A stretch of 64,000 bases of DNA from assembly GCA_964489445.1 (NCBI GenBank), contig CAZAYU010000005.1, forward strand, positions 68,799 through 132,798, read 5' to 3'. The position numbers and the translations under genes are program-made. This stretch comes from an uncultured Planctomycetia bacterium (lineage in GTDB: Bacteria > Omnitrophota > Gorgyraeia > Duberdicusellales > 4484-171). This document shows positions 11,008 to 21,461 of the stretch, piece by piece (the first letter of the stretch is position 1; each line of letters begins with the position of its first letter). The notes under the pieces are model-generated. The model did not search any database. It had not been told where the DNA came from and saw only the letters and a list, made by a program, of their open reading frames with translations.

Positions 11008-11844
11008 TTACTGCTTAATAATTCGAATAGCATCATCCTCAATAATAATGCGTTTGGATTTATACAGCGAGCCTAAAGCCATTTTGTATTTTTTCTTACT
11101 CACGCCGAATAATTTATAAATGATATCAAGCGTACTTTTATCTGTCAGATTAGATACTCCGCCTTCTTTCTTTATTTGTGCAATAATCTTCTCTTCAAGA
11201 TTATCCATTTTCTGGTATCCCTGAATCTGTAAGCTTAAATCAATTCTGTCATCTTCACGGACTTTTTTAATAAAGCCTTCTATTCTCTGGCCATATTTCA
11301 GGTCCTGGAACACTTCTTCCTTATAAAGCAATCCCCAATGCGTATTATTAATAATGGCATTGTATCCCAGCTCCGTTTGGTTACAAATCAAAAGATCAAC
11401 CTTCTCATTCTCCAGAAAAATATCATTTTTTTTATCCAAAAAAGTGTCCAACTTTGTCGACGCCGCCAAGCGGTCTCGCTCCTTATCTTTGTAGACATAA
11501 ACAACATAAGATTCACCTACTTCCATGATTTCTTTTTGTTCACGTAAAGGAACAAACAAATCTTTAGGCAGTCCCCAGTCTAAAAACGCGCCTATAGATA
11601 AAACATCAACTACCTTAAGGCAAGCAAACTCACCCGGAAGCACATACGGCTTTTGGGTTGTAGGAATAGCCCTCTCATTTGAATCGCAGTAAAGAAAGAC
11701 TTCCAATACTTCTCCAACTCGACAATTGACAGGGGCCTGATCGGCAGAAAGAAATATTGCACCGTAGTCCTCGGCGTCCAAATAAACGCCAGCCTTTGAT
11801 TCCTTTATGATTTTTAATTTATTATATTTTCCAATCTCGACCAT
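11008..11844 (-). CDS. cvfB: CvfB/YitL S1-domain RNA-binding protein
   Basis: GAFLDWGLPKDLFVP; C-terminal winged helix FGVSKKKYKMALGSLYK. Confidence 0.9.
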   Translation of the reverse strand: MVEIGKYNKLKIIKESKAGVYLDAEDYGAIFLSADQAPVNCRVGEVLEVFLYCDSNERAIPTTQKPYVLPGEFACLKVVDVLSIGAFLDWGLPKDLFVPLREQKEIMEVGESYVVYVYKDKERDRLAASTKLDTFLDKKNDIFLENEKVDLLICNQTELGYNAIINNTHWGLLYKEEVFQDLKYGQRIEGFIKKVREDDRIDLSLQIQGYQKMDNLEEKIIAQIKKEGGVSNLTDKSTLDIIYKLFGVSKKKYKMALGSLYKSKRIIIEDDAIRIIKQ

Positions 11845-11872
11845 AAATAATTTCTCCTTAGGCGATGCTTGC

Positions 11873-12550
11873 TTATCGCCACAGCTGATCTATTTCTTTC
11901 CGGTACTTTAATCTGAAAAACTCAAATTCGGGTGTCAATCTATACACACCATGCGAAGCACGTTCAAACCAGCGCTGATAATTCTTATTTAAAATATCTA
12001 CTGTTTTTTCCATTTCAAGGTTTTTTCTAATCTCGTGTGTAGATGATGGCCCATGATCAAACAAATACATAGCAACGCGAATTGTCTGCTCCTTATACGC
12101 CGTGAACAGCAACTCCCTTGTGCTGCCGCCTTGATTTAAATCAATACTCCGTCCTTCGAATTCCTTTAAAGCCAATTTCTTCTTTGCATAATTCTTGCGG
12201 GCTGTAAAAGGCGCGGGTGCAAATTCCAGAACAACTTGAGTTTGCTCATGCTGATCTAAAGTTAAAAGGCCGCAATGCAGACGCTTCAATAGAGCACTCA
12301 TCCGCTTGTACGATTTTGGCCAACGCCCCCCTTTTTCCAAAGGAACGTAAGCATACACTTGGTCTGTAATTTTGAGACGCTCTATAAGTTGATAAGTCAG
12401 CTGAAGATTAAAACTCGTCTTCATCTCAACAATTAATAACTCATCCCCCTTCTGAGCCATAACATCAACACTCTCAACCTCAGAATGCACAGTATACCCC
12501 TGCGCTTGTAAAAATTTCTTAAGGGGCTTATACATCTCCACTTCTTTCAT
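11873..12550 (-). CDS. DUF2161 family putative PD-(D/E)XK nuclease
   Basis: E..MY.PLKKFL..QGYTV.SEV..VDV...IVEMK; TAYKEQ; NYQRWFER. Confidence 0.85.
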   Translation of the reverse strand: MKEVEMYKPLKKFLQAQGYTVHSEVESVDVMAQKGDELLIVEMKTSFNLQLTYQLIERLKITDQVYAYVPLEKGGRWPKSYKRMSALLKRLHCGLLTLDQHEQTQVVLEFAPAPFTARKNYAKKKLALKEFEGRSIDLNQGGSTRELLFTAYKEQTIRVAMYLFDHGPSSTHEIRKNLEMEKTVDILNKNYQRWFERASHGVYRLTPEFEFFRLKYRKEIDQLWR

Positions 12551-12606
12551 AACCTAATCTTTTCCTTGCAATTCTTCAGGATAAAAAATTATACAACCTA
12601 CAATTC

Positions 12607-14400
12607 TCAGGGATACTTTTTAATAATTTTCAGGAAAATGTCGCCGAACTTCTTTAATTTCCGTTCTCCCACTCCAAACACTTCGATGAATTCTTTTTTA
12701 TTCTGCGGCAATTTCTGGCACATGTCCACTAATGATTTATCAGAAAAAATAACGTACGGCGGGACACCTTTGGCATCCGCCAATTCTTTTCGCTTTTTGC
12801 ACAACATATCAAAAAGGTTATCATCGTAATTCGTCATGCGTGAAGCAGCCCGCGCCTTTGATTTGACTTTATCAGGCGGAGGCAAATAGCCGTCGAATGT
12901 TCGCTTACCGCTTAAAATTTCATAAGATCTCTGGTTTAAACTCAATACCCCATACTTGGATTCCTTATCAAGGACTCTCTGTTGAATAAATTGACGCACT
13001 AAATTCTGCCATTGTTTTGAAGACAAATCGTTTCCCGCCCCATAAATGCGACATTCATGATGGTTGTAATTCAACACTTTTTCTGATCGACTGCCGCGCA
13101 GCACATTAATAAGATGCACCGCACCGAAAACTTCTTCTGTCTCGCTAATACATTGAAAAAACTTTATTGCTTCAACTGTCAAATTAGCTGTCAACTCTGC
13201 GGGATTGACACAATTGTCACACAACTGGCAATTGGCCACGCTGTAATCCTCTCCGAAATATGTAATCAAAGGAATTCGGCGGCACTTACGACTTTCCGCA
13301 TAGCCAACCATAGCATTCAAGTGGTCTAAGGCCACGCGCTGCTGCAGCTTATCCGGCTTTTGATCAATAAAATAGCGGATCTTGGCAATATCCCCTAGGT
13401 TAAAGAATAAAAGACAATGCGCCGGAAGCCCATCACGACCGGCCCTTCCTGTTTCCTGGTAATACGATTCCACGTTTTTGGGCAAATCATAATGGATCAC
13501 AAATCGAACATTGGGTTTATTAATGCCCATGCCAAACGCAATGGTCGCCACAATGATCGGCACATCATCCCGTATGAATAATTCCTGATTTTTATTACGA
13601 ACTTTTGAAGACAGTCCCGCGTGATACGGCAAAGCCTTAAAACCGTATTCATTCAGGTCAGCAGCTAAATTATCAACTTGTTTACGGGAAAAACAATAAA
13701 TGATGCCGCTCTGATCTTTAAATTTTTCTAGGAAATCCAGCGTCTGATCAGTTGCCCGGTCTTTCGGGATAACTTCATAAAACAGATTGTCGCGGTTAAA
13801 ACTAGCGGTCAATTCCACAGGATCTTTAAGCGTTAGGTTAGTGATAATGTCGCAACGCACACGCTCGGTGGCCGTTGCCGTTACAGCTAAAAAGACAGCA
13901 TCCGAAAACTGCGAACGGATATCTTTAATGCAGCGATAACCCGGACGGAAATCATGCCCCCATTCTGAAATGCAATGGGCCTCGTCAATAGTGATACAGT
14001 CGATGTGACACTGGTCCAGCATTTCGAGAATATCCGGTTTGAATAATGTTTCCGGCGCGACAAAGAGCAATTTTACTTCCCCTGACTGAACAAGCCGTTT
14101 ATTTGCATTGTATTCATCCCATGTCAACATGCTATTGATGACTTCCGCCTCAACACCCAATTCCTTGAGCTGACTGACCTGATCCTTCATCAATGAGATC
14201 AAAGGCGAAATAACAACAGTCAATCCGGAAAAAACAAGTGCAGGTATTTGGTAGCACAAAGATTTTCCTCCTCCCGTTGGCATAATGAGCAGGGTGTCTT
14301 TCTTGTCAAGCACGGATAAAATACACTCTTCCTGCAAAGGCCGGAATGTATCATACCCAAATGTGGATTTTAAGATTTGAAATATTTTCTTATTTTTCAT
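12607..14400 (-). CDS. recQ: DNA helicase RecQ
   Basis: MPTGGGKSLCYQIPA, DEAHCISEWGHDFRP, QETGRAGRDG, RQC Zn site, HRDC; start taken at ATG 14400 (ORF extends to 14427). Confidence 0.97.
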   Translation of the reverse strand: MKNKKIFQILKSTFGYDTFRPLQEECILSVLDKKDTLLIMPTGGGKSLCYQIPALVFSGLTVVISPLISLMKDQVSQLKELGVEAEVINSMLTWDEYNANKRLVQSGEVKLLFVAPETLFKPDILEMLDQCHIDCITIDEAHCISEWGHDFRPGYRCIKDIRSQFSDAVFLAVTATATERVRCDIITNLTLKDPVELTASFNRDNLFYEVIPKDRATDQTLDFLEKFKDQSGIIYCFSRKQVDNLAADLNEYGFKALPYHAGLSSKVRNKNQELFIRDDVPIIVATIAFGMGINKPNVRFVIHYDLPKNVESYYQETGRAGRDGLPAHCLLFFNLGDIAKIRYFIDQKPDKLQQRVALDHLNAMVGYAESRKCRRIPLITYFGEDYSVANCQLCDNCVNPAELTANLTVEAIKFFQCISETEEVFGAVHLINVLRGSRSEKVLNYNHHECRIYGAGNDLSSKQWQNLVRQFIQQRVLDKESKYGVLSLNQRSYEILSGKRTFDGYLPPPDKVKSKARAASRMTNYDDNLFDMLCKKRKELADAKGVPPYVIFSDKSLVDMCQKLPQNKKEFIEVFGVGERKLKKFGDIFLKIIKKYP

Positions 14401-14602
14401 AGGTGGCACGACGGTTGCATTTGTCACAAAAAAACTCCCTTTCCTTTTTACATTTCTTGGTCAGATGGGGGGGGAACCCGGAATGATTAGTTACTAGGGT
14501 ATTTCTTTTTACCTAATTTGTCAAACTCTTCGCTAGAAAAAATATTCTAGCCTCAGAGTAAAGAACAGCCAACCGACAAATGGTTTATCATCAAGTTGTT
14601 CT

Positions 14603-14857
14603 CTAGGAAATGACTTTATACACTTTATCGCTGGCGTGAAGCGGTTGGTCAACTTTTATGCCCACCTTATCCCCTTCTTTTGCTTCATCCACACTATCAA
14701 ACTCTATGCGCATCGATTCAATCACTTGAGAAAAATCCGCTTGTTTGCCTTTGATGTGAATAGTATCGCCTACTTTCAGTGCGCCGATTAAAACTATCAT
14801 TCCAACAGAAATCTTACTGAAAAAATGGTCCACGACTCCGATCTCTTGCTCTTCCAT
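14603..14857 (-). CDS. Small EF-Tu domain II-like beta-barrel protein
   Basis: IGVVDHFFSKISV...LKVGDTIHIKG...GDKVGIKV; AGGAG RBS before ATG 14857. Confidence 0.8.
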   Translation of the reverse strand: MEEQEIGVVDHFFSKISVGMIVLIGALKVGDTIHIKGKQADFSQVIESMRIEFDSVDEAKEGDKVGIKVDQPLHASDKVYKVIS

Positions 14858-14997
14858 GTCTACTCTCCTTTTTATCAGTTTACCACAAATAAACTTCACA
14901 CCTAAAGTTAGAAAATAAAAAAATAACCCAAGGCAACTTGCCTACGACAGGTTCTTTATAGCTCAAAAAGGATATATAACAAAAAAGGCGCCTTTTT

Positions 14998-15046
14998 AAC
15001 TCCCCGTATTGGACAACTTTCGCAACTGGCTATATACAGAAGAAAC
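14998..15046 (+). repeat. Scar family B copy 1 (AACTCCCCG core + LPVLDNFRNWLY tail)
   Basis: Homologous to 30092 and 31963; preceded by the palindrome AAAAAGGCGCCTTTTT. Confidence 0.8.
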
Positions 15047-15061
15047 CGTCAAATCGAATAA

Positions 15062-15334
15062 TTATTTCAATCTATTATCCACTACAGGAACAAGGAAAGA
15101 GGTTACATAAAGGTTTCCATTGCTTCTAAGCGAATGCATTGTTCCAGCGGGAACAATAAATGCTTTGCCTACGTTTAACTCGACTTGCCCATCTTCTAAA
15201 ACTCCAAAGCCAGAACCTTCCATGCAATAGAATATTTCGTCCTGTTTATCGTGTTTATGCAGAGGCACTTTTGTCTCTGATGTGAGATGATATACTTTTG
15301 TAACGATTGATTCTTTAACAGAGTTTAAATCCAT
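15062..15334 (-). CDS. Cupin domain protein
   Basis: PLHKHDKQDEIFY and VPAGTMHSL motifs. Confidence 0.9.
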   Translation of the reverse strand: MDLNSVKESIVTKVYHLTSETKVPLHKHDKQDEIFYCMEGSGFGVLEDGQVELNVGKAFIVPAGTMHSLRSNGNLYVTSFLVPVVDNRLK

Positions 15335-15436
15335 ATTTTTCCTCCTTATCTACTCCTTGCTTTGTTTAGTTTTTTCTTTTGTTTGATTAGGGCAGGTCCA
15401 ACTCATATCTTTATTTTCTTATTTTTATTCTACCTT

Positions 15437-15509
15437 AAACAAAAACCCCCTACAACATAAATTGCTACAGAGGGTTAGAAAGTCAAACTCCCCGAATGGG
15501 GCTCAAACT
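15437..15509 (+). repeat. Scar family A copy 1 (terminator + AACTCCCCG + ...GGCTCAAACT; tRNA-Asn-like 3' end on minus strand)
   Basis: Homologous over ~70 bp to 34116-34188. Confidence 0.82.
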
Positions 15510-15642
15510 CTACCTTTACCAAATTTTTCCCAAAATCACCTACCCAGACTCTGTGCCAAATCCCCTTTTTCCCTAAATCTTTAGTCGATATGTATCGCTT
15601 TATATCCTTCCTTTTTAATTCCTCTGCTAATCTCTCTTACCT

Positions 15643-17238
15643 TCAACTTGACCTTTTGTATTTAAGCCAAGTTACTATCCCTCCAATACCAATAAGAAGA
15701 GGTATAACAAAAAGGATAACAACCACCATTCGTTTTTGCTTGCTCGTCAAATCGAGCCGTTCGACTTTAATTTCCTTCTGATTGATAAAAATCTTATATT
15801 CTAAATCTGAAAGCCAACTAATAACGTTCAACCCCATCTGGGCATTACTATATTTCTCAATAAAACCATTCGATAAAAAGTCTGTATCAGTGAAAACAAC
15901 GATACGGGTATCAGAAGATTCATTCTCTTGCTTTGGCTCCAAAATAGCAAATGCAATGGGAACCGGCCCTGGAACATCTACACCTTTATCAAATTTAACA
16001 TTGAGAGTCCGATCCGTTTCGCCCCAGCTACTTTCGTCTGAAGCGGTTAAAACCACTGGGGCTACTTTAATTGATTTGCGTCGATTTTCTAAAATAGAAA
16101 TTGAACGAGGACGGATATAAAAAGTATAATCCAAATCTTTAATAATAGCTTGGTGCGGCGGGTAATTGCGGGTAGCCGGACACCCTACATCCTGACCAAT
16201 ATGATTAGCTAAATCTACAACAATATCATCGGCAATCTTTATCCCCCAATGGTTGAGAATGTTGTTTAAAGAAGGGTTCCTGCGCTTTTCTTCTTCTGTT
16301 AGTGGTTTATCGGGTGTAGTAATGGGGGTATTCTCAATTAAAAAGAAAGCGTCACCGCCATTCTCTAAGTACCCCTTGATAATCTCTTCCTCTTCCTCTG
16401 TTAAAGGATTTCGAGGCCCAGCCACGATAAGGACATCACAATCTTCGGGAACTTTTTCTTCTACTCCCAACATCACCGTTTTTACCTCTATATTATTGGC
16501 GATTAGTATCCGCGTTAGAATACTCAAGCCATTATCACCATCATCAGAAACATCGTATTCTCCATGTCCGATTAAAAAGTAAACAACGCGCTTATCTCTT
16601 GCCACTTGAATAATGGCATTGGTTACCTGATCTTCAGATAACGGTTCGTTGGTAAAATCAATATCCTTACGCTCACTACCAGAGAGAGCTATAACCTTTC
16701 TTTCTTTTCCGCTTATTACGCTGCCAAATTGGGCAGCATAGCCAATCTGCACGATAGGATCAATGATTTCGGCTTTAATCCTTCCTTGAGAACGCCTTTC
16801 ATATTCCTTAAACAAGTCTTCTAAATACTTTGGCGGTATTCCTACATAAAAAGCGACAATTTTAACTTCCCGTTGAAGATCTTTAATAACTGCAGAGGTA
16901 CTTTCCGATAAGGTGTGCTGTTTGGCTTTAGTTACATCCCAACGCACATTGTAACGATACGATAAATAGTTAATCCCCACGAGAAGAGCTAAAAGGAACA
17001 CAGTTACAAATACACTAAACCCATACTTCTGCCATTGAAAACCGCGCGCTGACTTTTTGGTAAATTTTCTTAACTCAAAAAGAAAAATCAAAACACAACT
17101 TATGCCAATTAAAGAAATAATAATGGTTATTTTACTGAAATGGTTTTCTACATAAGAAAAACCCAGACCATACAAAAGACAAAACATCCCCATTGCAAAT
17201 AGTAAAGACAGATTTATAAGTTTTTTCTTTAACGCCAT
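15643..17238 (-). CDS. GldG-like ABC transporter auxiliary component
   Basis: WDVTKAKQHTLS, VYFLIGHGE, DVLIVAGP, YLENGG motifs; terminal TM helices. Confidence 0.88.
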   Translation of the reverse strand: MALKKKLINLSLLFAMGMFCLLYGLGFSYVENHFSKITIIISLIGISCVLIFLFELRKFTKKSARGFQWQKYGFSVFVTVFLLALLVGINYLSYRYNVRWDVTKAKQHTLSESTSAVIKDLQREVKIVAFYVGIPPKYLEDLFKEYERRSQGRIKAEIIDPIVQIGYAAQFGSVISGKERKVIALSGSERKDIDFTNEPLSEDQVTNAIIQVARDKRVVYFLIGHGEYDVSDDGDNGLSILTRILIANNIEVKTVMLGVEEKVPEDCDVLIVAGPRNPLTEEEEEIIKGYLENGGDAFFLIENTPITTPDKPLTEEEKRRNPSLNNILNHWGIKIADDIVVDLANHIGQDVGCPATRNYPPHQAIIKDLDYTFYIRPRSISILENRRKSIKVAPVVLTASDESSWGETDRTLNVKFDKGVDVPGPVPIAFAILEPKQENESSDTRIVVFTDTDFLSNGFIEKYSNAQMGLNVISWLSDLEYKIFINQKEIKVERLDLTSKQKRMVVVILFVIPLLIGIGGIVTWLKYKRSS

Positions 17239-17939
17239 AATCGGTTCTCAATGCTAAGCCTTGTGAATAAGATACAAATAAAAATACCGCTCAAGTAATA
17301 CACCAGATCCGCCGTAGTGATCAGTCCCATGCTAAAATTTTCGGCATGACTCCAAGTGCCGATGTATCGAATCAAGGTTTCTGCGTGGCCGCTGAAATAC
17401 TTGATAAAGCTTATTGAGAAATATAATAGGAATAAGATTACATAAGAGCTTATCGCGGAGATAATTTGATTCTTTGTCAATGAAGAAGCCAGTATGCCAA
17501 TGGCAATGAATAAAGCACCCTCCAACCAAACACCTAGATACCCTATTAGCACCACCATTAGTTCTGGTTGACCAAAAAATTCGAGAATAAAATAATAGCT
17601 CGTTGTTAATCCAATAATGAGCGAGAAAAATATGAGACTGCCCAAATATTTGCCAAGAACAATTTCAGTGTTTGTCGTCGGAGTAGTCATTAAAAATTCC
17701 ATGGTGCCGGAGGATTTCTCCTCAGCGAATGTTTTCATAGTTAAAAGCGGTACAATGAAAATAAACAAAAATTCCATGACTTTAAATACATCGCGCAGAC
17801 TAGCCTCTCGGCCTTGGTCAATTATCAAAAAAAAGAATATATTAAAAACCGAAATAGTAAGAATCAAAACAATATAAGCAATAGGGGATTTAAAATAAGC
17901 TTTTAATTCTTTTGCGGCAATAGCAAATATTTTACTCAT
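17229..17939 (-). CDS. GldF-like ABC-2 permease
   Basis: KELKAYFKSPIAY, PLLTMKTFAEEKSSGTMEFLMT. Confidence 0.9.
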   Translation of the reverse strand: MSKIFAIAAKELKAYFKSPIAYIVLILTISVFNIFFFLIIDQGREASLRDVFKVMEFLFIFIVPLLTMKTFAEEKSSGTMEFLMTTPTTNTEIVLGKYLGSLIFFSLIIGLTTSYYFILEFFGQPELMVVLIGYLGVWLEGALFIAIGILASSLTKNQIISAISSYVILFLLYFSISFIKYFSGHAETLIRYIGTWSHAENFSMGLITTADLVYYLSGIFICILFTRLSIENRLWR

Positions 17940-18664
17940 AGCGGTTGACTCTCCTTGGCAGAATGTAATCTTAAAAATACATCTTCAAGATTTGTCCCGG
18001 GCTGTTTTAAAAGGATTCCCAAAGTTTCGTCAACGACAATTTCACCGGATTTAATTATTAAAACCCTTTGAGCGATCTGCTGAATCTCAGAAAGAATATG
18101 TGTGCTTAGGATCACCGTTCTTTCATATTCTAAACTTTTAATAAGATTACGCACTTGAATAATCTGAACCGGATCTAGACCAATGGTCGGTTCATCCAAT
18201 ATTAGAACCTGGGGATCATTAATTATGGCTTGAGCGATACCCACTCTTTGTTTATACCCTCGTGAAAGGGTGTCGATGGTTTCACTTTGAACACTTTGGA
18301 GACTGCACGATTCTATTGATTTATCTATTTGAACACGCTGCCGTTTAGCCGGAACACTTTTTAGCTGGGCGGCAAACTTAAGGTACTCCCTTACAGTCAT
18401 ATTAGTATAAAGCGGTGGTGTTTCAGGCAAGTATCCTATTTTTTTACGAATGGTCAAAGAGTTCTTGTCTACTTCTTGTCCGGCAATGATAACCTTGCCA
18501 GATGTGGCAGGAAGGTACGAAGTCAAAATGCGCATAATCGTAGTTTTTCCGGCACCGTTCTGGCCTAAAAACCCAACAATTTCTCCTTTGTTAATTTCAA
18601 ATGAGACATCCTTTAGGGCCTGAACTCTACCGAAATATTTTGTAACCTGTTCGACGACAATCAT
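17936..18664 (-). CDS. GldA-like ABC ATPase
   Basis: GQNGAGKTT, LSRGYKQRVGIAQA, LDEPT. Confidence 0.93.
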   Translation of the reverse strand: MIVVEQVTKYFGRVQALKDVSFEINKGEIVGFLGQNGAGKTTIMRILTSYLPATSGKVIIAGQEVDKNSLTIRKKIGYLPETPPLYTNMTVREYLKFAAQLKSVPAKRQRVQIDKSIESCSLQSVQSETIDTLSRGYKQRVGIAQAIINDPQVLILDEPTIGLDPVQIIQVRNLIKSLEYERTVILSTHILSEIQQIAQRVLIIKSGEIVVDETLGILLKQPGTNLEDVFLRLHSAKESQPL

Positions 18665-18836
18665 AGTTTAGCTCTCTACTCGCTTTTGGATCTTTATACC
18701 GAAATTAATAATCCCATTTGTTGTCTTTGCCTATGTAGACTTCTTGTATACTAATAACTATATTTATAGTATCTCTTTCGGCAAATTTGGCAAGCTGAAA
18801 ATATTCTCCAATCCATAATTACTCCTTATTTTTCAG

Positions 18837-19523
18837 TTACTTTATAACACCGCTGATTAAATATATCCAAATATAATAAATGCCAACAAGAACAAAAATC
18901 GCTCCTGTAATCTTTCTCGTCCACATTTCAAGTTTTGCAGTCTTATGAAACCATTTAGAAAATGACTTCACCCCAAACATAATACCTATCGCAAATACAG
19001 CAACAGGTATTCCAGTGCCTATCCCGTAAATAAATGGATGGATTATTCCTATCTTACTATTTAGGGCAAGAGGAATTAAACTCCCAAAAAACAATGCAGC
19101 TGCAATCGGACAAAAAGATAAAGCAAAAATCATCCCTAAAAGAAAAGCACCGCCAATTCCTGAATCAGCTAATTTATTTTGTTTTTCTTGCGATACTAAC
19201 AACGAAAAAGAATTAAATTTTATGATATCAAAAAGAAATAACCCGACAAGAACGAGAATCGGGCCAATAATTTTATTCATATATGATTGCAAAAAACTTG
19301 CAACCGACGGCACACTCACAAGAGAAGCAATGATAATAGACCCAATAACAACATAAGTCACCATCCTGCCTAAAATGTATGCCAAGCTTGAGAACAAAAC
19401 AGCTTTAGGATGATTAACTTTTTTTGAAAGAAAAGATACTGCCGCAATATTAGTAGCTAACGGGCAAGGACTAATAGATGTAAGTATGCCAAACCATAAA
19501 GCCGAAAATAATTCAATCATCAT
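18837..19523 (-). CDS. ArsG-family (DsbD/CcdA-like) membrane protein
   Basis: SISPCPLATN and ALSFCP motifs; ars operon context. Confidence 0.85.
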   Translation of the reverse strand: MMIELFSALWFGILTSISPCPLATNIAAVSFLSKKVNHPKAVLFSSLAYILGRMVTYVVIGSIIIASLVSVPSVASFLQSYMNKIIGPILVLVGLFLFDIIKFNSFSLLVSQEKQNKLADSGIGGAFLLGMIFALSFCPIAAALFFGSLIPLALNSKIGIIHPFIYGIGTGIPVAVFAIGIMFGVKSFSKWFHKTAKLEMWTRKITGAIFVLVGIYYIWIYLISGVIK

Positions 19524-19538
19524 ATTATCCTGCCTCCA

Positions 19539-20003
19539 TTAATTAATAAAACCATTTGTTTCATCTTTGATATACTCATAAAATTTATCCTTGCTACCCA
19601 AAAGATTCCAAACCTTATCCAAATTCTTAAATTCGACCTCTTTTCCATCAGACACTTTTGAAAGCACAACAGACTTAGTATATAATTTATAATCTTGAAT
19701 GAAATGCTTATTCTGAAGCTCATCAACATTAATCATTTGAAAATCAACTTTTCCAGAAGCTATTTCATCAAAAAAGTATTTCTCCAAAGACTCCTTAGTA
19801 TATTGCTCAATCTTGTGACAAGACACACATCTAGCCGTTGTATAAAAATAATAAGCAACAACCTTTGAATCGCTGACAGACAAAACCGTCTTAACAACAG
19901 AATCAACTTCTGCTTTTTGAGAATTAGCATTACCTGAAAAAGCATAAGTGCTAATCACTACTGCCAATATTACAAAGATACTTAACGATATTATTTTCTT
20001 CAT
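19539..20003 (-). CDS. ArsF-family exported thioredoxin-like protein
   Basis: YYFYTTARCVSCHKIE; signal peptide. Confidence 0.8.
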   Translation of the reverse strand: MKKIISLSIFVILAVVISTYAFSGNANSQKAEVDSVVKTVLSVSDSKVVAYYFYTTARCVSCHKIEQYTKESLEKYFFDEIASGKVDFQMINVDELQNKHFIQDYKLYTKSVVLSKVSDGKEVEFKNLDKVWNLLGSKDKFYEYIKDETNGFIN

Positions 20004-20035
20004 CCTTTACACTCCGATATTTTTGTAATTATTAG

Positions 20036-20266
20036 TTATTGTAATAATCCTTTAATCTCGTCAACCGTTGAAACTTTCCCTGCAACTTTCACAACGCCAT
20101 CAATCACTAGCGCAGGAGTGACCATAACAGCATAATCTGTTATTTTGTCCATATCTTCAACCTTGACCAACTCTGCATCAATTCCCAAATCTGCAATAGC
20201 TATTTCGACATTCCCAAAAAACTGTTTACACTTTGGGCAACCCATCCCTAAAATTTCAATTTTCAT
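20036..20266 (-). CDS. Small redox-active disulfide protein (MTH895/ArsE-like)
   Basis: MKIEILGMGCPKC...TPALVIDG. Confidence 0.9.
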   Translation of the reverse strand: MKIEILGMGCPKCKQFFGNVEIAIADLGIDAELVKVEDMDKITDYAVMVTPALVIDGVVKVAGKVSTVDEIKGLLQ

Positions 20267-20290
20267 CTTTATTTTCCTCCTTATTCTAAA

Positions 20291-21460
20291 TTAAACTATC
20301 ATTCCAAAAAGCATTCCGCTTGTTGTCGCCATGACAACAACAAGACTCACATAAACAACCGTCTTCTTAGTGCCAATAACTCCCCTAATAACAAGCATAT
20401 TTGGAAGGCTTAACGCAGGCCCGGCGAGTAACAATGCAAGAGCTGGCCCTTTACCCATACCTGAACCAATCAAACCCTGCAAAATAGGAACTTCTGTCAG
20501 CGTTGCAAAATACATAAATGCCCCCACAATTGACGCAAAAAAGTTTGAAAAGAAAGAATTTCCCCCAACAGCCTTTGCAATAATCCAAGAAGGAATAAGC
20601 CCTTCATGTCCAGGACGTCCCAACAGTAATCCAGCGACAAGCACGCCCATTAAAAGTAACGGCATAATTTGTTTAGCAAAAGTCCAAGAGCTTTTCGTCC
20701 ACTCAGTAACTTCATCCTTCTTAAACCACTTAACAAGCATAAAGCCGATCATAGCCAAGAAACCAAATGCCAAATACCATTTAGCAGAAAATATCAAAGC
20801 CCACAAACCTGTCTCACCTGCTTGTGGTCTTGCCCAGTTAGCAAATATTAAAAATCCGACCATAGAAAAGAAATATAAAGCATTCTGCCATAACGCCCTT
20901 GGCTCTTTCTCCTCACCAGCAAACAACTCTCCCTCCGCTTTTCTTGCACGCTCTTCCTTAATAAAAATAAGGTGCATCAATAAGCCAATAACCACACTAA
21001 AAACAATAGCACCAACAGCCCTCGCAACTCCCAACTGCCAACCGAGAATACGAGCAGTCATTATAATTGCTAAAACATTAATTGCCGGACCAGAATAAAG
21101 AAAAGCAGTTGCTGGTCCTAATCCTGCCCCTCTCTTATAAATACCAGAGAATAATGGTAAAACAGTACAGGAGCAAACCGCAAGGATTGTTCCTGAAACA
21201 GATGCAACACTGTAAGCAAGAAATTTATTTGCCTTTGCGCCGAAATACTTAACAACGGAAGCCTGACTAATAAATACTGAAATCGCACCAGCGATAAAAA
21301 ATGCCGGTACAAGGCAAAGTAAAACATGCTCCCTTGCATACCAACGTACCAGCGCGATGGATTCAAATACAGGATTCCTAAAAGATAGCAGTTCAACTGG
21401 CAGATAAAAACACCCCAAGAACACGGCAGCCATTAATAAAAATTTATTCCGTTCTTCCAT
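20291..21460 (-). CDS. ArsP/DUF318 family permease
   Basis: AVCSCTVLP, FLYSGPAIN, MYFATLTEVPI; start at ATG 21460 directly after arsR. Confidence 0.88.
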   Translation of the reverse strand: MEERNKFLLMAAVFLGCFYLPVELLSFRNPVFESIALVRWYAREHVLLCLVPAFFIAGAISVFISQASVVKYFGAKANKFLAYSVASVSGTILAVCSCTVLPLFSGIYKRGAGLGPATAFLYSGPAINVLAIIMTARILGWQLGVARAVGAIVFSVVIGLLMHLIFIKEERARKAEGELFAGEEKEPRALWQNALYFFSMVGFLIFANWARPQAGETGLWALIFSAKWYLAFGFLAMIGFMLVKWFKKDEVTEWTKSSWTFAKQIMPLLLMGVLVAGLLLGRPGHEGLIPSWIIAKAVGGNSFFSNFFASIVGAFMYFATLTEVPILQGLIGSGMGKGPALALLLAGPALSLPNMLVIRGVIGTKKTVVYVSLVVVMATTSGMLFGMIV

Positions 21461-21461
21461 A

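Noticed and set aside
15643-18664. Gliding motility system
   Set aside because: GldA/F/G-like ABC modules are widespread, and no T9SS or gliding motor genes are present.
20370-21098. 242-aa + strand ORF (also 50659-51258, 37273-37734 and similar)
   Set aside because: Antisense shadows of well-supported minus-strand genes with no recognisable motifs.
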